Positions 24,278 to 37,083 of a stretch of DNA of 64,000 nucleotides are shown here, in pieces. The notes under the pieces are model-generated. The model was given only the letters and a program-made list of their open reading frames with translations. It had not been told where the DNA came from and ran no database searches. Each line of letters begins with the position of its first letter. The first letter of the stretch is position 1. The DNA comes from Eutreptiella sp. 'Long Island Sound 2002'. Its lineage: Eukaryota > Protista > Euglenida. Where the stretch lies: assembly GCA_964036045.1 (NCBI GenBank), contig OZ038378.1, forward strand, positions 170,624,001 to 170,688,000, read 5' to 3'. The position numbers and the translations under genes are program-made.

Positions 24278-24882
24278 GTGCGTGTGTCTGTGTAATTGTG
24301 TGTGTGTGTGTGCACGCGCGCACGCTCATCGGTGCCCTATTACCAGACTGGCAGTGGCCACAATGTTGTACCAATGGGAACTGGTAAACGGGGCTTGGGC
24401 CCTGAAACCTGAACCCCAAGGACCAACCGTCATCATTCCCTCGTGGGCCAGGCAGACCCTGCCCGCCCCTTGGGTTGTGGGGGGAGACCCCCTGCCGCTC
24501 GACCTGTTGGTGGAGCTGCAGCTCACGCAGCACCCGGGTCATTGTATGCGGTCATGGGGCCCGCTGAGGCCTTGAGTAGGGTGGCCCTTGCCCTGGCATG
24601 GGCATGCCCATGACCTGGCGGATGTAGTGCACCCCCAGACCCTCCAGTTGTGCCTATGGCGGGGGCATTCAGTCAATGAGAACAGACCATTGGTCTCAGG
24701 TGTGCCAGATCCATATAGGCCTGCTGTGTGGCCGGAGTGGCCACGGCAGCTGCCAGCTGATCCAACACCCTGGGGACCCAGAGCTGCTGGCAGTTGCCAA
24801 CTACACATCCCCTATCCTCTGGAGCATCTGTTCCAGAGGAGAGTATTTCACCTTCGCATTTCTGTTTTGGTCGCAACAGTGT

Positions 24883-24944
<62 letters not shown>

Positions 24945-24953
24945 GTGCATGCA

Positions 24954-24983
<30 letters not shown>

Positions 24984-24984
<1 letters not shown>

Positions 24985-25122
24985 TTCTGAGTGTCTATTT
25001 TTTTTCGAAAGGCGCCTAGCCTCAATGACACTATTTTCTGTTGTGGCCTGACGAGCTGTTTTGACAAGTGCCCTGTTTGCCTGCTATCGACAGTGGGTTC
25101 GGGTTTCTTGATCTCCTTCACA

Positions 25123-25124
<2 letters not shown>
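24984..25124 (+). mobile_element. SL-capped processed copy of the same short element, embedded in (TG)n
   Basis: TTTCTGAGTGTCTATTTTTTTTCG (24984-25007) matches the euglenid SL exon as recalled. It is joined to AAAGGCGCCTAGCC, not to the GT of an SL RNA intron. (TG)n lies on both sides. Confidence 0.85.
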
Positions 25125-25189
<65 letters not shown>

Positions 25190-25196
25190 CGTGCGC

Positions 25197-25300
25197 CGTG
25201 CCGTGCCGTGCCGTGCCGTGCCGTGCCGTTCCGTGCCGTGCCGTGCCGTTCCGTGCCGTGCCGTGCCGTGCCGTGCCGTGCCGTGCCGTGCCGTGCCGTG
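25197..25300. repeat. (CCGTG)n pentanucleotide microsatellite
   Basis: Direct reading. Confidence 0.9.
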
Positions 25301-27336
25301 CCTGTTCGTCTTGCTTCGATCATGTGGGTGGGTGGGTGGGTGTAGTTGTGGGTGGGCGTGGTTGTGGACGTGCTGAAGGAATGTGTAGATTGAGATCCAG
25401 AGGAACTTTGACCGGGCTTGCGCCCTGAACCTGAACCCTTAGCTGCTGCTGCATCTGTGCTCCAACACACAGCACCTCATTGGGCTGCGTGCACCTGCTT
25501 GCAGCCCCAAAGCAGCCGTGTGCACTGGAGCGCAGCTGCTGGCAGCGCCAATGCAGCTCCACATCCGGGCTCCAAAGTAGCAAAGCCAGTGAACAATACA
25601 TGACTGGTTTTAGACCGATGTCCTGTGGTGGCAGCGGGCGCTCAAGGGTTGGCTGGTCCACCAATACTACATGTCCATAGTCATTGGAGTCTGGGTGGCC
25701 AAAATGACAAAAGAAGTCGTAGTGCACATCAAGATCATGCCCACATTGGAGACCATGATGGACACCCTAGGGTGGACGCTAGCCCTACTGTTCTGCCTTC
25801 CCCACGTCATGCACCTCCATCGCCCACTGGTGGCCCTACCGGATATACAGGTGTAGATTGAATGCCCCATAAGCTCAGACCACACACAGATGGTGAAGAC
25901 ATGATGCCTAGTTGATCAAGGGTACTGGTTTGGTTTCATCAACAAGCAACGTGTGTTGCAGTCAACCGCCTGTCTGCTGGGTTAGACAGCTATTGGTGGG
26001 CATAACCGCCTAAATCACCGGCGGGTGACAAACCTGCACGCACATTTGTATCTGTGTGCTCATGTGCGTGCACACAAGTACATCCCCCTACCAGAAAAAC
26101 ACACAAACACACAGGTGCATGCAACCACAGGTGCTGGTAACAGCAATGCAGCTCCCTGTGAACTGGAGCAAAGGTGCATGCAGTGCTGTATAACAGAGCA
26201 GAGGTGCATGCTGCCATCCCCTATGTCCAGGTGCTGCACTAGGGCTGCATGCACCTGTGCTCAGTTGTTGAGTGCTGCCTTGGGACTGCCAGCACCTGTG
26301 CTCCAACACGCGGTGCTGCATTGGCACTGCATGCACCTGTGACTGGGCCCACAGTGTCCCTCATGTGGCGAGCTCCATTGGGACACAGAAATCACCAAGG
26401 TGGTGGTAGCCTAGGGCTAGCATGCACTGCAAGGGGCATGCTCATGTGTATGATATTGCCGTAAGGGCTACAATAGGTGGTGATCACCAGCAGTGCGGGA
26501 GCCGCTACCGCCCTTTGTCCCAGCTTTGGCCACCGTACCAGTTATGGGCACATGCCTATGCAATTTACCTACCTGGTCAACCACAGTTTGTATGGTGCAC
26601 ACACTACGCATGGGCAATTGGGCTCATGGGTGTCATGGCTCAGTGACAAGACAGCCGGGTAGCATCCCTTTACTGCTTGGTGTGTCTCCAAGTAGGCATC
26701 CCGAAAGTGGCTCTTGGCCCATGCCCCTTGCTGCACCCATTCATGGATGGTGGCAACATACCACAAGTGTACTGACTGGATCAGTCCTTGGCAACAATGC
26801 CTCCACAGTCCCAAATGGGGTGAAGACTAGCCAGCCCAAGGTGTGCGCTACAGCATTGGTGATATTAGGCCAACTAGTGTTTCAAGTAGGGGAGAGTAGC
26901 TGTGGCTCCCATGTGCGTTGGGGGATTCCCAATTACTGTACTAGGGTAGGGGCCGAGAGGGAGGGCGTACAAGTACCCCTCTGTGTGAGTGAGGAGGTGT
27001 TCCTCCATGCCCAGCCCTATGTGGGCTCCCACATCAGGGTGGACCTCGTGGGCAATGACTTCAAAATACTTGGCCCTATCACAATCCACCATGCGGCACG
27101 GCAACCATCATGTGCATCGTGCTGACCACCTCGTGGAGCAAGATGCCCCGCATGCCCCCCACCAAGTATGCCCCCCCCCGCCCATGCCTGAAGGCAAATT
27201 TCCGTCATGGTGCCTGCCCGCAAATTTCCGTCATGTAGAAGGCTATCAGCTCAAGTGTTGAGGACACCATTTTGCCTTTCAGGTTTGGCTCTTGCACAAA
27301 CTAGTCAGGTTGTTTGAGCAGCAAGGTGACCCGCCC

Positions 27337-29168
27337 TCACTTGCACAAACTAGTCAGCTCTCTCAAATCAATGTGGCTACCATCAGACGTGGGCCAGATG
27401 TAGCCACGCTTCTTGAATGACTTAGCAATATTCACAACTGAGAGAGCATGTTTATAGGCAGCAGCTGTGAAATGGGTGCCCAAGATGCGGCGCTGCGCAG
27501 CAGTGAGCTTCAGATTTGGGTTCTTACAGGCCCACTCATCAGCCACACGCTGATAATGATGGCGGTATACAAAAATGAAATCACATTCCAGTGATTGCAA
27601 AATTGCAGTCAGCCCACCTGGAATTACGCCTATAGAGGTATTGGCTCGGGCAAACCATCCTTGACAGCCTGGGTGATATGTGCAGTTGCACTATCATATG
27701 TGGCAAATCGGCGCTGCTTGTGTCCACATCCCCAATTGGGGAGGTAGTTGCGGACCATCCAATCTGTATCAATTACACCACACTTTTGGAATGTCACAAT
27801 GACATCTTTGTTGTACTTTGCCTTTTCAGCCGTTGATGGCTTGAAATTGTCTTTCATTTTATATATGATGAAAGGCTTAATTGGTTGGCAAACTGGCCGG
27901 TCTTTTTCCTGAAACTTGATAGTAAGCAAATCTGTTTTACTGCGCATGAAATCTTGCTCTGTGAAAGGAGATTTGCGAACCTCGTTAGGTGTTCCCCTGT
28001 CATTGAGGCTATGGACGTTCCGTCGCAAGAAACCAGACACACTGTTAGGCACCACATCCAAGTTATATGTGTCTTGGGGTGCCACATTCAAGACCGGGGT
28101 TGCACATACATTGTGGCAGAAATTATGAAATTTCTGCACCTCCTGCTTTAATTGGTCCGGAGACTTTGTCCCTCTTCGCTTCTCTGCCATATCTGCGATG
28201 CGGTGCCTCTTCAAAAAGCGCTCCATCCAATCTGCAGCATTGAAACTGTGTGGGACACCGAGGTGGGTAGCCTGCTTTTCAATCTCACGTTGCACTCGCA
28301 GCCGGAAAACTCGTTGCTTCTACTCAGTTTTGGTCGGAGCCACCACTTCAAAATCGACTCATCCAACGCATTATATTTTGTTTTGAACCCACATGACCCA
28401 AGGCGACAACGACCTTTGATCCTCCTGCCATACTGCACAGCATCGTGAGCCATTTTCAAGAGGTCCTGCTTTTGAGCAACCCAGGAGCGAAACGTTTTTT
28501 TGTCCAGCTGTGCTCTTTCAGAATTTTCCTCTTGCTTGTCCCGGCCTCCGGCTCAGCAATGCAACGCATTTTGAACAACAATTCATGGGACCGTCGCCGA
28601 CGAGGAGATTTCTTGGCAGCACCCACTGCACCATGATCTGGAGGGGCAGCACCTTCAGCAACATCAGCTGCACGTTCAGCAACAGGGTCACCTGCTAGCT
28701 GATCTCTAGGACGGTCAATGGCAGCACCTTCAGCAACATCCTCCACAAGTTCAGCAACAGAGTCATCTGGCTGATCTCCGGGATGGTCAGGGGCAGCACC
28801 TTCGGCAGCATTGTGTGTGCACATTGAGCAACAGGGTCATCTGCTGGCTGATCTGGAGGGCCATCTGCATCGTTAGCATTGGCAGCACCTTCTGCAATAC
28901 CTCCGGTGTCCTCCAATGCTGCAAGTTGAGCAATTGCGTCATTGACGTTGTCAATGACAATCGGTTCGTCGTCATCATCCCCCTCAGGCAAGTCAACAAG
29001 CTCCTCATTTGAAAATTCCCCCACCTCATCATCATCAGGAGCTGCAGCACCACCAAGGTCTCCCACAGATAGGTCCAAATCAATTTCCATTACAAAAAGA
29101 TGAATGACGTCTGAAGGTGCAAATGTGTCTGGATCCATGCCACCAAGGGACTTATAACCCCCCCCCAC
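27337..29168 (-). pseudogene. pogo/Tigger-like (Tc1/mariner superfamily) transposase, frameshifted, in kinesin intron 1
   Basis: Successive minus-strand ORFs give an acidic N-terminal repeat, HTH-like RRSHELLFKMRCIA..KRKILKEH, CENP-B-like DWMERFLKRHRI, and DDE_1-like TYNLD, GVIDTDWM, TYDSATAH, GGLTAILQSLE and KSFKKRG. Confidence 0.8.
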
Positions 29169-30326
29169 TTATAACCCACCCCCCGGCACCCTCAACCAAT
29201 CCGCAATGCTACTAGCCCTGGGGGGTTATAAGTGGGGGGTGGGGTTTATGGTTCCTAGGAGCCCGGAATTTTTTGGGTGAATTGTCTCCTCCAAAGGTGC
29301 CTCTGATGTCAGGTCCGACTCTTGGGCCAATCAGGCTGCTACATGGACCATCAGTGCACCGCATGGTACGACTATATTCTGTGCTAGCCTCCAGGCTACA
29401 TGTGCTGCTCAGCGCCCGGTGCACCCACAATCTCTGCAAACCCACAGATGAAGGCGGGAAGTGTAATAGAAAGCATGCCCCCCCCTCGCCCCCACCACCA
29501 TTCCGATGCAATGCCCCTAGGAAGGCTCAATTGAAACCCGGCCAAGTCCTATCCGCACCCAGAATCTCCGCCAACCCGGGAGCAAAGGCGGGAAGTTTAA
29601 TGGAAAGCATGCGCCCCCCACTACCATATCAATGAGATGCCCCTAGGAAGGCCCAATTGAAACCCAACCAAACCCTATCCGCCGCAAGGCCAAGACTACC
29701 GCATTTGGTAAAACTCCAGGCACCTATGGCCTCATGCCCCTAGCAGAATAGGGAGATTATTTACAACGCACCGCTTGAAAATCGTACAATCTCGTAAGGC
29801 ACAGGCCCAAACCTAAGCATGGACATAACTTGGTACCATCAACTCTCCAACGACAAACATGGCACCTTATGCTAGGTCACATGCCACCCATGGGTTTGCT
29901 GTGAAGTGAGCAAGTGAGGGCGGGTCACCTTGCTGCTCAAACAAGGTTATCAATATGACGTCAATGATGCATTGATTTGGTTCCGGCCGAAGCGTGCTCT
30001 TGAGTGTGAGAATGCCGATGAGCAGCGCCCTGCCAAGAAACAGGCACAGGCCTCATTGATGCAGCTCTGGAAGAAGTAACTGATTCCCGATTATTGGCAA
30101 TCCATCTGCTGGCACTTCTTGTTCTATGCTTGTGTGCTGAAAAAGGGCCTGGGTGGCATGGATCTCCCGGAGGGTGGGTTATAAGTGGGGGGGGGGGGGG
30201 TTACAAAAAAATTCCCACCCATGTTGGGCCATGCTACGTGGCACCCAAACAAAACCGACAAGGAAAAATCGAGCCTGGAAAAGGCTGCTTGGTGGACCCG
30301 TGTGAATTTTTATTTTGCTTGTTATG

Positions 30327-31035
30327 ACTACCGCGCAAACTTTAGGAATTTTAAAGCTAATTCATTCCGAGGGCAGCACGCGTCGAAGTTTTAGGTTAAC
30401 GCAAAAATATAAAAACCTCCAAGTTTTAATTAATTATAGAGCGATAATCGGAAAAGTGCGCAAAAATTAGGTTTATGACAAAAAATTAATTAATTCTGTC
30501 CGGCATGGCGTACACATACTTGAATGGAGCAGCAATTTCCACCCTCTGCTTACAGCACCCTCAGCCTGATGTTCACCATGCTACATTTCTTCCGTTCTTC
30601 ACTTTTGAAGGACCAATTTTTGCAAGTCATGCACTCTATTAGTTTCGACTCATTTCCAGCTTTGTTATAAAATGCATTTTCAACAATCGGTGGGTATGCC
30701 TCATGTGATCATCCTCCTTCTTGGTGCTTGTTTGTGTCATGGACTGCAATCCCGGAGTCCACTAGAGCAACGTTGATGTGTATGTGTATGTGTAGCAGTG
30801 CCTTGCAACGTGAACCCCAAAGGCAACGGGCATACAAAAGAAACCAGAGTGGAATAGCCAGAGACGCAAAAACTAAAACAAACGCAAAAAATTAATTATT
30901 TTTTAGCTAACAGGTGTCGTTTTTCCAATTTTTTGCTGCGCAAATGCCACAAAGATCGCCAAAAAAAATTAGTTGTTGGCAAGGTTCATACGCAAAAAGG
31001 AGAGTTGCGCAAATTTCAAAAGTTTGCACAGTGGT
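30327..31035. mobile_element. AT-rich MITE-like element with imperfect 25-bp terminal inverted repeats
   Basis: 30327-30351 against the reverse complement of 31011-31035 gives 20/25 matches; there are internal GCGCAAA motifs. Confidence 0.45.
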
Positions 31036-32445
31036 TGACCAGACATACAAATAGATGTTGTTGCCGTCCGGCATGCCCCGTTTTCAAAACTGCTTGCGTC
31101 ACCACTGCCCAAACATGTTTCCCTATCTGGACATTGAAACAACCCCCCCCCCTCAACCCCCAAACTTGGTGGCGCACAAAGCAGAATTCCTTTTTTCTTT
31201 TTTCCTACTTTTGGCAGGTCACCGCTCCGCCCCCGCCCCCCTTTTGAAAAGGGCGGCGCGACTAACCCCTGGGATGCCAGTGGGGATGAGCGACACACGG
31301 ATTTAGGTGGCCTGTCCGGGGCATGGTCGACGGTCGCTTTTCCTCAAAACGAACTGACATTTTTTTTTTGTTTAGTGCTTCGCCATTATCTTTGTTGCTG
31401 CCGTTGCTGCCGTTGCTCGTTGTGAATCCTAGTTGGGGATGAGGTTTGGGACAGAAGTCACTTCTCTTTCTAGCACACCATGCCTGAGGCGGGGCCCGAT
31501 GGTGGCGCACACACCCCGGAGCTCTAGTACGAATGCCGGGGTCCCGGACCAGCAGAGCCGCCAGAGTGGCAGGGCACCGGGGCTGTCGTGGGTGGCCCAT
31601 CTGGCAATTGGAGGAGGCCCCCCCAACCACTCGCCCGTCTCATCATGCCGCCGCATGCAGGGCCCAGTAACCAGTAGGTAAGCAAGCCATCCCCCATGCA
31701 CACAACTGCTTTGCCTCTCCACTCCTCCTGTCTATGAATGTTTTTGCTCGGCACCTCTTAGGGGGACAACGGCGGAATATGTTTTCAATCTGTCAGAACC
31801 ATTGCCTTTTTTGCCTTCGTCCCCGGCGTCTCCCCTCTCATTAGAGTGGGGGGATCTGCCGGAGTTGCTGCGAAATGGCGATTAGGGCGACCAGTCACCG
31901 TGGGACTCTGACGCCGCCAAGAGCCTCACACAGCTGGCTTCGCCTCAACCACCAATGCTCACCCCCCGCCCACACCGCCCACACCAGCATCCCCCCAGCA
32001 CCATCCTACGCTCCATCCTCACACCAAAATCCCCCATCACTACCCTACGTGAGCCCCCCGCCAAAGATCCTCCCAATCCAACAAGAAACCCCCCCCCCCC
32101 TCGCCAGGGCAACTGACTCCATCACCCCAAGGACTAAGCAATGGCTGGCACAGCCCCTAGCAACACTGGATGGCCTGTTCAATCTCGGGTGGACGCAGTA
32201 CCAATTTGCCTTGCTGAGGCGGGGCCAACTAGCTTTGTGGCAAGGTGGATAGCGCGTGTCTAGGTCTCATTTCCTCGACCGAAGCCTAGAGAGGGCGAGG
32301 CTCATCCTGGCGCAGACAGTACCCCGTCCACAACGCCCTGCCGTCCCCAAATCCCCTCTAGGAAGGCCACCCTTGCCGTGTTTGGAGACCAGTGCCATGT
32401 GATTGCCTGCCCTGCTGTGCATCATCCACACCGGGTTTCTTGTTG

Positions 32446-32449
<4 letters not shown>

Positions 32450-32496
<47 letters not shown>

Positions 32497-32531
32497 CTCC
32501 TCCTCCTCCTGTCTGTCTGTCTTTCTGTCTT

Positions 32532-32580
<49 letters not shown>
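32450..32580. repeat. (CT)n-rich microsatellite
   Basis: Direct reading. Confidence 0.9.
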
Positions 32581-32584
<4 letters not shown>

Positions 32585-32625
32585 ATCTGTGTCTGTGTGT
32601 GTGTGTATGTGTGGGTGTGTGTGTG

Positions 32626-32780
32626 TTTCTGAGTGTCTGCTGCTGCTTTTTTCAAAAGGAGCCCAGCCTAATGACAACATGTCACGATCATTGATTTGAT
32701 TGTCTTGTCTTCTCTTTGGCCTGGCGAGGTGTTCGTTGGGACTGACAGACTAGGGCTCGTTGTGCTGCTCGCGTGCTCCT
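32626..32780 (+). mobile_element. Older, degenerate SL-capped copy of the short element
   Basis: After (TG)n: TTTCTGAGTGTCT + GCTGCTGC + TTTTTTC + A|AAAGGAGCCCAGCC ... GGCCTGGCGAG. Confidence 0.65.
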
Positions 32781-32853
32781 TGTGTATCCCCCTTTCCCTC
32801 TCTCCCTCCCTCCGCTTCTCCTCTCTCTCTGTCTCTCTCTCTCTCCCTCTCAG

Positions 32854-33090
32854 TCCGGAAGTGGAAAGACATACAGCATCATGGGAAACACGGATGACGA
32901 CGGGCGCCTCAGGTTTCGCACCCCCGACGACGAGGGCTTTGTCCCACGCTTCTGCAAGGCACTGCTTTGGTTGGCACAAGATTCTCTTGCGGATCAGCCT
33001 ACGCTGTCGTTTGAGATCACCATGAGCATGCTTGAGGTGTACAACGAAGAGATCTATGATTTATTGGCCCCGGGCCACATGGAGACCCAG
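32854..33090 (+). CDS. Kinesin, exon 2 of 5
   Basis: CAG|TCC acceptor after a CT tract. SGSGKTYSIMG completes the P-loop GQSGSGKT; MLEVYNEEIYDLL present; CAG|GT donor at 33091. Confidence 0.93.
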
Positions 33091-34952
33091 GTACCAGAGA
33101 GGCACGGAGTGTTTTGGGTTCTGCAGATACAACGATTCTTCCTCACGCCCCACTTGCTGCCTACAAACCACTGCGCCCATCCAAAGTAGCACGCGGCAGG
33201 GGACCACCTGTGCCTGGTGTCCTCTGGAAAGGCATCGGGAGGTGAGGGATGAGTACGCAGACATAATTGGGTGCGAGCCCTCCCCTCCTCCTTGTGCACA
33301 TGGGTGCATCGGGCTTGAGACCGTCACCTCATCTGTTGGTGCCAGGCGTGACTCTCGTCACGGGATGGAATCACCGGGTTCATCACAGGGGTCTCGCTCT
33401 TCTTTGTGTTGCTTGGCATGCCTTCGGGCCTTGCCCATGCACCAAAATCCTCAGGACAAGAGTACCTCGATGCTTGTTGTAATGTGTAGCTTCAAGATTG
33501 GACTTTGACTGGGGTAAAGAGAGCCAATTTTGCAATACCTTGCAAATTCTTTGACCTTATTAGGTTGTTGTGCTCATCTTGTCTGGCGCCACCACATTCT
33601 GTGTACACAGCACTGTCCTATAGGTGGGGCACAAGCAACCTGCATTGCACAAACACAAAATACACACAGCACTTTCTCCCCTCTTTTTTTTCTCCTGTGT
33701 GTACCTGCGCACTGGCCGTTGGCAAGGTCATCAAAATATCCAATCACTACGCCAAGAGCGTGTACACCACTGCGGGTATTATGGCACACTCCCTCCCCAC
33801 AGGGTCGTGCTCAGGGGGGGCTCCCGCTCAGGCACGGCAGCTGGTAGGGCCTGTAGACATGGGAATTGGTCTATCCTGTGCCATGATATGATATGGGATG
33901 GTATAATCTATTTTTTCCCGTTTGCATAGCGTCACTATCAATGGATTCCTGCTGGAGTTCCTGGTGCCTCTCCTCTGGTCTCATGGGGCGGGCCGGAAGG
34001 AGGGGTGTTCTGGCACTGCAGCCGGGCGGCTCCCCTCGTGACATGTAAGAAGGAGAAGGAGGTCCACACCAGCCAGCCCTTGGCGCGCTGTCACCAGCAA
34101 ATTGCGGGCATACCCCCTTTTGCCTTGCGTATGGTAGGGTGCCATGCATAGTGCGTGTTAGCGCCAACCGGGGACTGAAGGATGACAGCAAGACGGTGGT
34201 GGGTTGTCTTTGAATCGAAAAATTGGAAGGAGGACCACCCCCCCCCTCACTGCTGGACCAATGCACAGCGCAACAACACAGGCAGCCCTGGGAAGTGATC
34301 GTTGTCCTTCACCACTGGTCTCCAGAATGCTTCCTCCTCGTCATAGCACACCCCATAGCAGAGTGCGGAATGTGTCACCATAGTACCTATTCTGCATCCC
34401 CGATGATGAGGGACGTGGCACACTGCTGTGGTGAATGCACGTGGTACAGCAACACACAGAAACATGAGTGCTCACGCAACAACAGACATTTTGTCACCAA
34501 AAAGCCGTGATGGTAGATACTCTTTTGGCGCCGGAGAAAATTTTTTTGGGGTCAACACACTGTGACTTTCCGATGACTTCGTGGGGGAGGAGGCAGGGGG
34601 GTTAGGGGGGAGGGGAGAAGGGGGGGCTGAGAGGTTAATCAGCCTTTTGAACAGGATCAACAGGTTTGCCGGGTACAGCACAGCACAGCACAGCACAGCC
34701 CAGCCCAGCAAAGCTCTGCACTGATTTCGTTGGGTTCGCAAGGAGGAGGCCCCTCAGATCCTGTTCCCCTCTCCCCCAGACCACCTCCCACCCTCCCTCC
34801 CCTGCTCAAAGACAAACCTGCCGGGATTACCATGCCATACAATGCAATGTAATGCAATACAACACAACGCAACGCAATACGAATCGTCTGCCCCTGTGGT
34901 CCGAAACCCCCACCCTATGCTTTCTCCCGTGCTACGGCTGGTCCCCTCTCAG

Positions 34953-35558
34953 GTACCACTGCAGATGCGCGACAAGGAAATCTCTGGTCTCTCAAGCCAT
35001 CGAATCCAAATCTATGATCGATTCATCAAAAACCTGGAGCAAGGCCTCGAGAAGAGACGAACGGCCGAAACGGTGCTGAACAGGCGTTCGTCGCGCTCGC
35101 ACTGCGTCGTCATCATTCGCCTCCTTCAGAAGTACGAGCCGGGCACGGGGAAGCGGAACCTAGAGAGCACCATCTATCTTGTGGATCTTGCGGGGTCCGA
35201 GCGGCTGGGCAAATCTGCGGCGACGGGAGAAGTTGCAGCACAGGGCAAAAAGATCAATCAGTCGCTTCTGACGCTCGGTCGCGTGCTCAACATGTGCTCT
35301 TCGAAGACCACCGAGAAACCGCCAGTGCGGGACTCGATCCTGACGCGGATCCTCTCCGACAGTTTTGGGGGCAATGCGCGGACGTGGATGCTGGCTTGCA
35401 TGAGCCCCACGCTCAACGACTGCAGCGAGTCCAAGCTGACGCTCTGGTACGCGAGTTCAGCGAAGAAGATCATGAACAAGGCGCGCATCAACGCGACTGC
35501 GGAGCGTGCGTCGGACCGCCAGAAGGTTGAGCAGCTGCGGATGGAGCTGACAAAGCAG
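34953..35558 (+). CDS. Kinesin, exon 3 of 5
   Basis: Switch I NRRSSRSH, switch II DLAGSER, INQSLLTLGRVL, RDSILTRILSDSFGGNART; AG acceptor and GT donor both in phase 0. Confidence 0.95.
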
Positions 35559-36308
35559 GTGGCAGGAGGAGGAGGGGGGGCAGGGATGCGGGCCTCGCCC
35601 GATCGATCATTCAGAAATAGGCAGAAGGAGCCGCGGCGGGGCTGGGGGGTCTTGCACTTCTTTTTCGCTATTCTTCTGAAAAATCTACAGACCTGGCTTT
35701 GTCCGCAATGCTGTGATTTTCGCAATTCCTGGGCGAACGGACCAACGTTGTCCGGTATCTGCGAGCCGTTGGAGATTGATCGAGCACGGCTGGCCAGTAG
35801 CTGGCGGCCCTCAAAAACGTCTGGCTGACCCCAAAAGTCAGCCCTTGGCTCAGAGCCTTCGGGAATACATCTTGGCGAATAATGGCATGAGCTTGTCATC
35901 GACAAAGTTTTGCCTGTGTTTTAATGGGGTCGCTTTCAGGTCTCATTATGGGGCCCAGATCGACCTCTCACAGATCATTCGGGGCCCAGATCGACCTGGC
36001 ATAGCCCGGTCGCCTCGCATGTGCACTACACACCGGCCGTTGTGCGCACCGCTTTGCACCACCATCCCAGTGGTGTGTGCAGGAACAGCTTGGGCTTCAT
36101 TTTTCGGATGCCACAAGGGGCAATCGTGAGCAATGGGAGAGGCATTCACGCGCACCCCATTCCCCACCCCGGCACTCCCTCCCACCAATGATCTCAATCA
36201 GGGCACAGGCAGGTTTCGCACACGACCGCACTGGACACCGGGTGTACTGCACGGTGACCAATCTGCCTTCATGGAACACCTCCCACCGCATCCCCACCCT
36301 CTGAGCAG

Positions 36309-36833
36309 GTGGAGCTGGTCCAGCGGCTGCAGGAAGAAGTGGACCGGTTGAGGGCAGCCGGCGCTGGCGACGGGCAGCTGCCGCAGCAGAGGATCATGGA
36401 CCCGGGGTGCGGAATGCCGGGCTACGGCGGGGACGTGTTCGTTGGGCGCGCACGGCTCAACCTCCGGGACTGCGTCCTGCAGAGGAACGCCTACCGGACG
36501 CTACCGCTGGTGGTGCATAGACCCGAGCACGATATCGGAACAACGCTGACGGTGCAGGTGTTCCGTGCGAACGACGAGGCAGAGGTGAAGGAACTGCCGG
36601 ACATCCAAACGGCGCTGGACATGCACCGAGGCAAGCGATTCGATTTCTGCGTCGGGGTGCTGTATGCCGAAGGAATCCCGGAGACCCACACAGCGCGGGT
36701 GTTCTGCCGCTACGTGTTCCAGCAGAAGGAAGAAAAAGTGATGCAGACTGAGGACCGGAGAGACACCACCGCGCCGACTTGGGACTTTCTGAAGCGCTTC
36801 GCGTGGTCGACTTTTGACGATGAATTGGGGCAG
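36309..36833 (+). CDS. Kinesin, exon 4 of 5 (neck coil and C2-like domain)
   Basis: In-frame CAG|GTG acceptor. Coiled-coil VELVQRLQEEVDRL, then C2-like VGVLYAEGIP..VFCRYVF..TAPTWDF; GT donor at 36834. Confidence 0.85.
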
Positions 36834-37083
36834 GTCGTGTTGGGGGAATTGAACAGGCAACCGGGCCATGGGGTACCTCTATCTTGACCTCTCTCTTCAA
36901 GAACAACCCCCCCCCCCCCACACTGCAAACGTGAATTGCACATGACCAGCCCCTTGTGTTGCAATTGAAATTTGTTCTGAGGCCTCAGATATGGGTTATC
37001 CTGCGAAAATCTCTAAGGACACACACTAGTGGCGCCTTTTGCTGCACTGGCCGGGTAGCCATTTGCCTCCACACCTCACAAGC

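Noticed and set aside
24984-25124. SL RNA gene
   Set aside because: The SL exon is followed by AAAGG, not a GT donor, and there is no tandem SL/5S array context.
24400-27120. Degraded minus-strand LINE remnants in kinesin intron 1
   Set aside because: Only vague zinc-finger-like words; boundaries cannot be supported by eye.
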